From NCBI GenBank assembly GCA_958413895.1, contig CATYVQ010000009.1, positions 7,804 to 71,803 of the forward strand: DNA of 64,000 nt, given 5' to 3'. A program made the position numbers and the translations under genes. The DNA comes from an uncultured Collinsella sp. (GTDB taxonomy: Bacteria > Actinomycetota > Coriobacteriia > Coriobacteriales > Coriobacteriaceae). Positions 40,720-49,356 of this stretch are shown one piece after another. Each line of letters begins with the position of its first letter. Position 1 is the first letter of the stretch. Below the pieces are notes generated by a model, which was given only the letters and a program-made list of their open reading frames with translations, was not told the DNA's origin and did no database searches.

Positions 40720-42966
40720 ATGCGTAATTCTGTATCCGACGTCACCGACGCCGAGATCCTGGACGAGGCCCGCGAGGCCATGACCCAGGCTGCCTTCGAT
40801 GCCGCCGATGAGGCCAATGCTGCCCAGGCCGTCGAGTCCGCTACCGAGAGCCTGCCCGCCTTTGACGAGCTGGGACTTTCGGACGAGATGCTTCGTGCTA
40901 TCGAGAACCTGGGCTACACGGCGCCGACGCCCGTGCAGGCCGGCTCGATCCCCGTGGTGCTCGAGGGTCGCGACCTGCTTGCCGCCGCTCAAACCGGCAC
41001 CGGCAAGACGGCCGCCTTCTTGCTGCCGACCATGAACAATCTGGAGCACATCGCTCCGCCCAAGCCCGTGCGCGAGCGCGGCGGCCGCAACCGTCGCCGC
41101 GGTGCTAAAAAGCCCGAGGGCAACGGCCGTGGCCCCGTGATGCTCGTCATCACCCCCACGCGCGAGCTTGCCCAGCAGATCGACGAGGTCGCGAGCAAAA
41201 TCGCCGACGTCACGGGCCACGTTGCCGTGACCGTCGTGGGCGGCGTGAGCTACAAGCCGCAGACCGCGGCACTCAAGTACGGCTGCGATATCCTGGTCGC
41301 CACGCCGGGTCGTCTGGTCGACCTGATCGAGCAGGGCGCCTGCCACCTGAACGAGGTCAAGGTGCTGGTGCTCGACGAGGCCGATCGCATGCTCGACATG
41401 GGCTTTTTGCCCGCCGTCCGCCGCATTGTGCGCGAGACGCCGGCCGAGCGCCAGACGCTGCTGTTCTCGGCGACGCTCGACGAGGAGGCCGTGGGCGAGA
41501 TCACTGATCTGGTGAGCGACCCGGCCCGCGTGGAGATCGCGCCCGCCACGTCGACTGCCGACACCGTCGACCAGTTTGTGTTCCCGGTGTCCATCGAGGC
41601 CAAGAACAACCTGCTGCCCGAGTTCCTCAAGAAGGAGGGCCCGGAGCGCACCATCGTCTTTATGCGCACCAAGCACCGTGCCGACAGCTGCTGCCGTCGT
41701 CTGGAGCGCAAGGGCATCAAGGCCGCCGCAATTCACGGCAACCGCAGCCAGGCCCAGCGCGAGCGCGCGCTTTCTGCCTTCCGCGATGGCACCGTCGACG
41801 TGCTGGTGGCAACCGACGTGCTCGCCCGCGGCATCGACATTAGCGACGTGCGCTACGTCGTGAACTTTGACGTGCCGGCCGAGCCGACCGACTATATCCA
41901 CCGCATTGGCCGTACGGGCCGCGCCGGCGAGCTGGGCTGGGCCATTACGTTTGTGACCGAGCAGGACGTCGACGAGTTCTACGAGATCGAGAAGCTCATG
42001 GACAAGACCGCCGACATCTACGAGGCCGGCGACCTGCACGTGGGTCCCAACCCGCCCGCGGTTGATCCCGAGCGCGACCCTGCGGCCTTTAAGGTGAAGA
42101 AGACCAAGCGCGGCAAGTCCAAGAGCAAGAAGAAGCTTGAGCAGGCGCGTCGCGACGGCAAGCGCAACGGCGACGATTACGGCGATGTTGCCGGTCGTTC
42201 CAACCGCGGTCGCGACGAGCGCCGCGGCGACGGCGAGCGTCCGAGCCGTCCCAAGCGCGGCGGCAAGACCCGCGTGCGCGAGGGCGTTCAGGCTCGCGTG
42301 GACGAGGCTGTTGAGAGCGTGGCTCGCGAGGTAGCTGCCGAGGAGCGCGGCGGTGCCGGTGCCGCTGAGCAGCCTGCGCGCGGCAACCGTGCCGAGCGTC
42401 GTGCCAAGCAGTTCCAGGGCGAGGCACACCGCCGTCGTCGTGAGGACGAGGACCGTGGCGGCCGTCGTCGTGTCGAGCGCGAGGACGAGGGCCGCGGTTC
42501 GCGCGGTGGCAAGCGCGGTGCGGGCGACCGCCGTCGTTCCGGTCGTGATGACGAGCGCGGTGGCCGTGATGAGCGTCGCGGCGGCGAGGGTCGCGGTGAG
42601 CGAGGTGCCCGTGGCGGTGAGTCCCGTGGCGGCAAGCGCTTTGAAGAGCGCGGTAGCCGCGGCGGCGAGCGTCGCGAGGGTGCTCGCGGCAATGGCGGCC
42701 GCGGCGGCGCTGGTCGTTCTAACGAGTCGCGCGATCGTCGTGACCCGCGTGCCAGCCGTGATCGTCGCGATGACTGGCGCAACTACGACGATACCCGCGA
42801 AGAGCGTCGCGGCGGCTATCGTGGTGGTCGTGGCGGCAACCAGGCCGGCTCCCGTGGCGGCCGTGCCGGCGGTCGCGATAACCGTGGCAGCTACGGCAAC
42901 AGCCGTGGCGGCAAGCGCGGTGGCAGCTCCCGTCGCCCCGGCGACGGCGGCGGCAAGCGCAAGTAA
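40720..42966 (+). CDS. DEAD-box RNA helicase with a long RG/RGG-rich tail
   Basis: Q motif, AQTGTGKT, PTRELA, DEAD, SAT, ARGID, HRIGRTGR. Confidence 0.95.
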   Translation: MRNSVSDVTDAEILDEAREAMTQAAFDAADEANAAQAVESATESLPAFDELGLSDEMLRAIENLGYTAPTPVQAGSIPVVLEGRDLLAAAQTGTGKTAAFLLPTMNNLEHIAPPKPVRERGGRNRRRGAKKPEGNGRGPVMLVITPTRELAQQIDEVASKIADVTGHVAVTVVGGVSYKPQTAALKYGCDILVATPGRLVDLIEQGACHLNEVKVLVLDEADRMLDMGFLPAVRRIVRETPAERQTLLFSATLDEEAVGEITDLVSDPARVEIAPATSTADTVDQFVFPVSIEAKNNLLPEFLKKEGPERTIVFMRTKHRADSCCRRLERKGIKAAAIHGNRSQAQRERALSAFRDGTVDVLVATDVLARGIDISDVRYVVNFDVPAEPTDYIHRIGRTGRAGELGWAITFVTEQDVDEFYEIEKLMDKTADIYEAGDLHVGPNPPAVDPERDPAAFKVKKTKRGKSKSKKKLEQARRDGKRNGDDYGDVAGRSNRGRDERRGDGERPSRPKRGGKTRVREGVQARVDEAVESVAREVAAEERGGAGAAEQPARGNRAERRAKQFQGEAHRRRREDEDRGGRRRVEREDEGRGSRGGKRGAGDRRRSGRDDERGGRDERRGGEGRGERGARGGESRGGKRFEERGSRGGERREGARGNGGRGGAGRSNESRDRRDPRASRDRRDDWRNYDDTREERRGGYRGGRGGNQAGSRGGRAGGRDNRGSYGNSRGGKRGGSSRRPGDGGGKRK

Positions 42967-42998
42967 GATGCGCATCGCGCGCTAGCGTGAGACAAGCT

Positions 42999-43031
42999 AA
43001 GGGCCCGAGCAAATAACGCTCGGGCCCTTTT
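42999..43031 (+). terminator. Terminator after the helicase gene
   Basis: aagggcccgagc-aaataac-gctcgggccc-tttt. Confidence 0.8.
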
Positions 43032-43137
43032 GTTTGCCGTGTCCATCGCTAATTCAAACGTGATGTTCTCGGGAATGCATCTGGGGGATGCTGAGGACCT
43101 ATTTTCCGCCATGCAGCAATGGGTCCTATGGGGTGCG

Positions 43138-43448
43138 CCGTGCATTTTTTGGAGTATTCTGCAGTTCGAGTTGTCTGCATATGATTCGACGTCGCCAACG
43201 GTGGCCTTCGGATATCCCTAGCGAGCGTTCCGAGTCAGATTTCGCCGTTTTCCGGAGCAGGGGCGCGTCATTCTCGCCATGTCGGGACTTAGAATGATAC
43301 GGCGCCCTACAGTTTTGCCCTCCCGCGGCGGTGCTGGCGCGGTCACGTTGCAGAATACTCCGTTTTTTGCACGGGCCAGGATGGGGTACCTCAGGAGAAC
43401 GCGGCGGTATCCAGTAAATATATGCAATCTGTACCGGGAATTATGCAA
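43138..43448. repeat. Family C element, copy 1
   Basis: ccgtgcattttttggagtattctgca-N185-tgcagaatactccgttttttgcacgg, then TATGCAA at 43421 and 43442. Confidence 0.82.
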
Positions 43449-43590
43449 ACCGAAAAGGCGGGCAGTATGGGTTGGTGTATCGGGCTGCCTAGCGCACCAA
43501 AACGGGGAGCTCCCCCCCCATGCGCCGTATACCCTGTCTGAATGTGAAAACAGCTTGACGCGTTGCCAGGCGTAGGGGGAGGGTGCCTCG

Positions 43591-44352
43591 ATGAGCGTAT
43601 TCGAAATTGTGTTTAGTCCGACGGGCGGAACGCGGAAGGTGTCTGGCCTTGTGGCCGGGGCACTGGACAAGAATACCGTTACCGTCGATTTGACCGATAA
43701 CGGGCTAGATTTCAGCGCTGTCTCGATGACTGAGGACGACGTGGCCGTAATCTCTGTGCCGGCGTATGCCGGTAGAATCCCGGCTGTGGTGGCTGACCGG
43801 TTGGGCATGGTGCGCGGCAACGGGGCTCGGGCTGTTTTGGTTTGTGTATACGGAAACCGCGCGTTTGAGGACACGCTCGTAGAGCTGGAGGACGTTGCGA
43901 AGCGCGCCGGATTTAGGGTGGTTGCAGCTGTTTCTGCTATTGCTGAGCATTCCGTTGCTCGTCAGTTTGCTGCTGGGCGACCGGATGCGCAGGATGCGGC
44001 GCAGCTCGCAGAGTTTGCGCAACAAATTCAGCAAAAGCTGTTGGCTGAGGATGCGTCCGAGCCCTCTATCCCCGGCAATCGTCCTTATAAACAAGCTGGA
44101 GGTCGCCGTATGGCACCCGAGGCAACAGAGGATTGCGCCTCCTGCGGTGCATGCGCCGCGGCGTGCCCCGTTTGTGCTATCGACAAGGGCGACCCCAAGC
44201 GAGCAGCTGGCGAGGCGTGCATCTCCTGCATGCGCTGCATCGCCGTATGTCCGCGAGGCGCTCGCAAGCTTGATCCCAACAAGCTATCCGCTGTTTCCCA
44301 GATGTTGAGCAAGGTTTGCGTCGTGCGGAAGGAATGCGAGCTCTTCATCTAG
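43591..44352 (+). CDS. EFR1-type flavodoxin/4Fe-4S ferredoxin fusion
   Basis: FSPTGGT, YGNRAFED; two CxxCxxCxxxCP motifs. Confidence 0.88.
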   Translation: MSVFEIVFSPTGGTRKVSGLVAGALDKNTVTVDLTDNGLDFSAVSMTEDDVAVISVPAYAGRIPAVVADRLGMVRGNGARAVLVCVYGNRAFEDTLVELEDVAKRAGFRVVAAVSAIAEHSVARQFAAGRPDAQDAAQLAEFAQQIQQKLLAEDASEPSIPGNRPYKQAGGRRMAPEATEDCASCGACAAACPVCAIDKGDPKRAAGEACISCMRCIAVCPRGARKLDPNKLSAVSQMLSKVCVVRKECELFI

Positions 44353-44498
44353 CGCATACGAAATTGCTGCAAGGAGTGCCCCTGGGTGCCGGCGGGAAAG
44401 GAACGTCCCTAAGTGCCGCCTAAATACCGCTCACCGGTCATGATGACTATTCCGGCTTTGCTGTTGCCTACAATAGCTCCCGTAAAAAGAAATGCGGA

Positions 44499-44594
44499 AG
44501 GTTACCGAGTCCCCTCGGACGTGGGCCTAACCAAAGTCTTTGAACGGGTGTGTCTCTATGGATGCATTCGGTTGATTTTGGTTGGGCTATATTT
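44499..44594 (+). promoter_or_regulatory. Putative RAT antiterminator overlapping a terminator stem
   Basis: gttac-cgag-tccc-ctcg-gac RAT-like hairpin; stem gcctaaccaaagtc (44525-38) / gattttggttgggc (44574-87) followed by tatattt; BglG-type gene in the operon. Confidence 0.55.
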
Positions 44595-44612
44595 ATGAAG
44601 GGACATGCCACC

Positions 44613-45125
44613 ATGGGTTTCTTTTCTCGCCTTATGGGTGGCTCGGACAAGCAGGCGACTGCGACTTCCGAGTTCGAGATTCTCGCCCCTGTTTCCGGCG
44701 AGCTTGTTAATCTAGAAAATACCAATGACCACGCTTTTAGCAGTCGTGCAGTGGGCGATGGCGTTGCCGTGGTTCCCCAAGAGGGAACGGTGTGCGCTCC
44801 TGTTTCCGGTACCGTTGCGGCGCTGTTTCCGACTGAGCACGCGCTGGGCATCATGTCCGACGACAGCTCTGCTCAGGTGATGCTGCACATCGGAATCGAC
44901 ACTGTTAAACTTGAGGGCAAGGGCTTCCATGCGCTTGTTGCCCAAGGTGACCATGTCGACGCAGGTCAGCCTCTCGTCGAGGTCGATTTCGACGTGGTTC
45001 GCGCCGCCGGCTTCGATCCCACGGTCTTCGTTATCGTGTGCGAGCGTTCGGAGAACTCGACTCTTCGTGAGCATGCTTCCGGTCCTGTTGCTGTTAAAGA
45101 GCCTGTCATCTGGCTTTCCGAGTAA
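44613..45125 (+). CDS. PTS glucose-family EIIA component
   Basis: APVSG, DHAFS, GDG, FPTEHA, LHIGIDTV. Confidence 0.92.
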   Translation: MGFFSRLMGGSDKQATATSEFEILAPVSGELVNLENTNDHAFSSRAVGDGVAVVPQEGTVCAPVSGTVAALFPTEHALGIMSDDSSAQVMLHIGIDTVKLEGKGFHALVAQGDHVDAGQPLVEVDFDVVRAAGFDPTVFVIVCERSENSTLREHASGPVAVKEPVIWLSE

Positions 45126-45131
45126 ATTCTT

Positions 45132-45998
45132 ATGGTGGGTACCGTGGTTATCAAGCGAGTTTTTAACAACAACGTCGCAATGGTCACTTCGGACGATGGC
45201 TCCGAGCTCATCGTCATCGGTCGAGGCCTCTGCTTTGGCCGTCATGCCGGCGATGCCATCGACGAGGCGTCGATCGAAAAGACCTACGCGTTGCAGGAGG
45301 GAACTTCTCAGGATTCGCGTACGATTGACCGCTTGGCACATCTTTTGGAGTCCATCCCCACCGTCAACCTCGTGATTTCCGAGGACATCGTTCAGATGCT
45401 TCGTCGAGAGCTCAATGTCGATATCAATGACAAGATCCTCATCGCTCTCGCAGACCATATTAGCCTCGCCCTCGATCGCGAGCGCAAAGGCGTTCCCTGC
45501 GAGAACCCGCTGCTGCTCGAGATCCAGCAGTTCTATCGCAAGGAGTACGCGCTTGCGGGCCGTGCCCTTCAGATTATTAAGGACTATCTGGGCATCCAGA
45601 TGAGCGAAGAAGAGCAGGGTTTCATTACCTTGCATATCGTCAACGCCACCATGCCGCAACGCTCTGACCGTCTGATCGTTTCGGTCCAGCTTGTTCGCGA
45701 CGTGCTTGCGATTGTTTCCGAGCGCTATGCTACGACCCTTGATGACACCTCGCTGCCTTACGAACGTTTCGTTCGTCACCTGCAGTTTTTCGCACAGCGA
45801 GCGCTCGATCCTGCCGCCGGGCAAATCAACGGAGACGCGCTGTTCCGAATCGATGAAACGGCGTATCCGCGTGCATTCTCGTGCGCGGATGCCATAGCCG
45901 CCCACTTGTCGTCTACCTATAACGTTGTCGTTACCGATGCTGAGAAGAGTTATCTCGCATATCACATTGTTAACCTGCTTGGAGAACCTGGTCTCTAG
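45132..45998 (+). CDS. BglG/LicT family antiterminator (CAT + 2 PRD)
   Basis: IKRVFNNNV..GRGLCF; LADHI, ITLHI, FVRHL, LAYHI. Confidence 0.92.
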   Translation: MVGTVVIKRVFNNNVAMVTSDDGSELIVIGRGLCFGRHAGDAIDEASIEKTYALQEGTSQDSRTIDRLAHLLESIPTVNLVISEDIVQMLRRELNVDINDKILIALADHISLALDRERKGVPCENPLLLEIQQFYRKEYALAGRALQIIKDYLGIQMSEEEQGFITLHIVNATMPQRSDRLIVSVQLVRDVLAIVSERYATTLDDTSLPYERFVRHLQFFAQRALDPAAGQINGDALFRIDETAYPRAFSCADAIAAHLSSTYNVVVTDAEKSYLAYHIVNLLGEPGL

Positions 45999-46097
45999 GC
46001 ATAACGTGCCCACACATCGATTGATATAAGGCAGGGCTTACGGTCTTGCCCAGGGCACATCTGTCTTAATTTGCGGAAAAGGAAGGGGAGTACCGCT

Positions 46098-47714
46098 ATG
46101 ACCGCAAAAAAGAAGTTCAATTTCAAAGCGCCGTTGGAGGTGTTCGCGAAGTCGATCGTCCAGCCGATGATGTATCTCTCGGTTGCCGGCATCCTGCTCA
46201 TCGTGGGCATCATTCTGACCAACAAGACCATCTGCGCTTTGGTCCCCGTACTGGGCTCCGGCCCGTTCCAGCTTGTGGGCGCCGTTGTCTATCAGTCGCT
46301 GATGTTTATCATCAACAACCTCTCGATCCTCTTCTGCGTTGGCATCGCCGGCGCCATGGCAAAGAAGAACAAGGGCCATGCTTCGCTGATCGCCCTGATG
46401 TCGTTCTTCCTGTTCCTGCAGGCTAACAACATCGTGCTCAACGCCACCGGCTCTCTTGCCGATGCGAGCGGCATGCTCGGTCTTACCGGAACCGGCCAGA
46501 GCACCGTTATGGGCATTCAGGTGCTCGATACCGGCGTGTTCGGCGGCATCATCCTTGGTTGCATCACCGGTGCCGTGTTCAACAAGTACTCGAACAAGCA
46601 GTTCCCCATTGCCCTTTCGATGTTCTCGGGCGTTCGCTTTCCGTTCCTGATCATGATCATCATCTCCTGGATCATGGGCGCAGGCTTCTGCATCGTTTGG
46701 CCTCCTGTCCAGGGCGCCATTTCCTCCGTTGCCGGCATCATTAAGGAGTCGGGCAACATCGGCCTCTTTATCTACGGCATGCTCAACAAGCTGCTCGTTC
46801 CCACCGGTCTGCACCACCTCATCTACACCCCGTTCCAGTTCTCCGATGTGGGTGGCACCCTTACGCTGGGTGATCAGGTTATCGCCGGCGCCTATCCCAT
46901 CCGTGTCGCCGAGATGGCAATGACGGGCCAGCCCTTCTCCGATAGCACCTACTTCAACAGCTACACCTTCAACAACCTGTGGCCCTACATCGGCATCGGC
47001 CTGGCCTTTATCTTCACTGCTTACAAGGGGAACAAGGATAAGACCAAGGCTGTCATTATCCCGCTGATCATCACCGCCGTGCTCTCCTGCGTGACCGAGC
47101 CCATGGACTTCCTCTTTGTCTTTGCCGCTCCCGTGCTCTTTGTCGTTCACTCGGTTCTTTCCGGCATCTTCCTGGTTCTGCTCAAGGTCCTCTCCGTGCC
47201 CGCTTCGACTGCAGGCGGCATCATCAACATCGTGGTCTCCAACCTGGTCCTCGGTGTCGATAAGACCAACTGGCCGGTTATGCTGGTGCTTGGAGTCGTC
47301 AACGCCGCGCTGTACTTCTTCCTCTTCACCTTCCTCATCAAGAAGCTCAACCTCCACACCCCTGGTCGCGAGGAAGAGTCCGAGCTTGCTGAGTCCATTG
47401 CCGAGGGCGAGGCCGCCGCGTCTGTCGCGGTGAAGCAGGGCGCTGTTGCCGCAGCTCCCGCAGAGGGCGTCGATGCAGGTATTGCCGACCTGGTCGCAGG
47501 TCTTGGCGGCAAGGACAACATCGAGGAGCTCGAGAACTGCTTTACGCGTCTCCGTGTGAACGTTAAGAACCCGGATCTCATCGATGAGAACCTCATCAAC
47601 CATGTGCCCAACAGCGGCATCAACCGCAACGGCAACAATATCCAGATCATCTTCGGCATGAAGGTCGCCGAGATGCGCGACAAGGTCGAAAACGCAATTG
47701 AGAAGGAGCAGTAA
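46098..47714 (+). CDS. PTS EIICB, maltose/glucoside (GlvC/MalX-like)
   Basis: DTGVFGGI, PTGLHH, TEP, TPGRE, EIIB NCFTRLR. Confidence 0.9.
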   Translation: MTAKKKFNFKAPLEVFAKSIVQPMMYLSVAGILLIVGIILTNKTICALVPVLGSGPFQLVGAVVYQSLMFIINNLSILFCVGIAGAMAKKNKGHASLIALMSFFLFLQANNIVLNATGSLADASGMLGLTGTGQSTVMGIQVLDTGVFGGIILGCITGAVFNKYSNKQFPIALSMFSGVRFPFLIMIIISWIMGAGFCIVWPPVQGAISSVAGIIKESGNIGLFIYGMLNKLLVPTGLHHLIYTPFQFSDVGGTLTLGDQVIAGAYPIRVAEMAMTGQPFSDSTYFNSYTFNNLWPYIGIGLAFIFTAYKGNKDKTKAVIIPLIITAVLSCVTEPMDFLFVFAAPVLFVVHSVLSGIFLVLLKVLSVPASTAGGIINIVVSNLVLGVDKTNWPVMLVLGVVNAALYFFLFTFLIKKLNLHTPGREEESELAESIAEGEAAASVAVKQGAVAAAPAEGVDAGIADLVAGLGGKDNIEELENCFTRLRVNVKNPDLIDENLINHVPNSGINRNGNNIQIIFGMKVAEMRDKVENAIEKEQ

Positions 47715-47717
47715 ACA

Positions 47718-49100
47718 ATGATCATTACTCTGTGTGGTGGCGGATCCACCTTTACCCCCGGCATCGTCAAGTCCATCGCTCTGCGCAAGGACGAGCTCGA
47801 CGTTGACGAGATTCGCCTGTACGACATCAACGAGGAGCGCCAGCGCAAGATCGGCGTGCTCGTGGACTGGATTTTGCACGAGGACCTCGGCCTGGACATC
47901 AAGCTCACGGTGACCACCGACAAGGAGACTGCCTTTACGGATGCCAGCTTCGTGTTTGCCCAGATGCGCGTGGGCGGCTACGCTATGCGCGAGCAGGACG
48001 AGAAAATTCCGCTGCGTCACGGCTGCGTGGGTCAGGAGACTTGTGGTTGCGGCGGCCTTGCCTACGGCATGCGCACCATCTTCCCCATGGTCGAGCTGAT
48101 CGATGACGTTGAGAAGTACGCCAAGAAGGATTACTGGATTCTCAACTACTCCAACCCTGCCGCCATTGTCTCCGAGGGCTGCCGCGTGCTGCGTCCCAAT
48201 GCTCGCATCATCAACATCTGCGACATGCCGATCGCGATCATCGACGTGGTTTGCGCCGCGCTCGATATCGACAAGAAGGATGTCGAGTACGATTACTTTG
48301 GCCTCAACCACTTTGGTTGGTTCACCTCGATCCGCCACAAGGGCGAGGAGGTGCTCCCGCAGCTGCGCGAGTACATCAAGGAGCACCAGATCCTGCTGCC
48401 CGACTCCTACCTCAAGGGCATGGGCTCGCTCATGGCAAAGAAGCCCGAGGAGGCCACTGACGAGCACCCCGAGCAGAATCGCCACACCAAGGGCAGCTGG
48501 TACTACGTCTGGAAGGGCGAGTACGAGATCATGGAGTGCTTCCCGGAGTACCTGCCCAACACGTATCTGAACTACTACCTGCAGCAGAAGGAGTTCGTCG
48601 AGCATTCCAACCCCGAGCGCACGCGTGCTAACGAGGTTGAGGAGACGCGCGAGAAGAACCTCTTCGACGGTATCGATCACTACGAGAAGACGGGCGAGAT
48701 TGACGAGAGCACGTTCTACGCGGGCAGCCACGGCGACTGGATTGCCGATCTGGCCATCGCTCTGAAGAACGACACCAAGCAGCGCTTCCTGGTCATTTGC
48801 GAGAACAAGGGCGCTATCCCGAACATGCCCTACGACGCTATGGTCGAGCTGCCTGCCTACATTGGCAAGAACGGCCCCGAGGTCATCAGCCGCGACAACA
48901 TTCCTCTGTTCCAGCAGGGCCTCATGATGCAGCAGCTGAACTCCGAGAAGCTCGTGGTCGAGGCTACGATCGAAGGTTCGTACGAGAAGGCGCTCAAGGC
49001 CTTTACGCTGAACAAGACCGTGCCGTCGATGAAGGTCGCCAAGGAGGTTCTCGACGACATGATCGAGGCCAACAAGGACTTCTGGCCCGAGCTTAAGTAA
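47718..49100 (+). CDS. GH4 6-phospho-alpha-glucosidase
   Basis: GGGSTFTPG, GQETCGCGG, NYSNP, ICDMP, GLNHF. Confidence 0.92.
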   Translation: MIITLCGGGSTFTPGIVKSIALRKDELDVDEIRLYDINEERQRKIGVLVDWILHEDLGLDIKLTVTTDKETAFTDASFVFAQMRVGGYAMREQDEKIPLRHGCVGQETCGCGGLAYGMRTIFPMVELIDDVEKYAKKDYWILNYSNPAAIVSEGCRVLRPNARIINICDMPIAIIDVVCAALDIDKKDVEYDYFGLNHFGWFTSIRHKGEEVLPQLREYIKEHQILLPDSYLKGMGSLMAKKPEEATDEHPEQNRHTKGSWYYVWKGEYEIMECFPEYLPNTYLNYYLQQKEFVEHSNPERTRANEVEETREKNLFDGIDHYEKTGEIDESTFYAGSHGDWIADLAIALKNDTKQRFLVICENKGAIPNMPYDAMVELPAYIGKNGPEVISRDNIPLFQQGLMMQQLNSEKLVVEATIEGSYEKALKAFTLNKTVPSMKVAKEVLDDMIEANKDFWPELK

Positions 49101-49133
49101 AAGCAACAGGGTCGCTGGCCGCATACCTAGAGT

Positions 49134-49176
49134 AATGCCCCGTCCACGTGATTGCGTGGACGGGGCATTGTCATTT
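49134..49176 (+). terminator. Hairpin terminator after the GH4 gene
   Basis: aatgccccgtccacg-tgattg-cgtggacggggcatt. Confidence 0.7.
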
Positions 49177-49193
49177 GGTAACGCGTTTTATCA
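49176..49193. promoter_or_regulatory. LacI-family-like operator upstream of the hydrogenase operon
   Basis: TGGTAACGCGTTTTATCA. Confidence 0.5.
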
Positions 49194-49356
49194 AATATGG
49201 CATTTATCTGCGGTAATGTTCTATTTCACCGCTGAGGGTGACATTTCATGCCGCCTGCCGAACTGCGTGGAGACCTAACAACTTTTTAGGTCAGTGTTGT
49301 GCGTGTAGCAATTTCGCCCGGCCTCGCCTCCGGGCTGCCATGTGAGAGGGGATCTT

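Noticed and set aside
43218..43575. Small ORFs over the family-C elements (also 61294-61846)
   Set aside because: The shared peptide NTPFFAR only reflects the repeat arm; there is no RBS and codon usage is atypical.
49209..49232. Fifth family-B copy (ctatttcaccgc)
   Set aside because: Only a 12-nt match with no proper partner arm; it may be chance or a decayed remnant.
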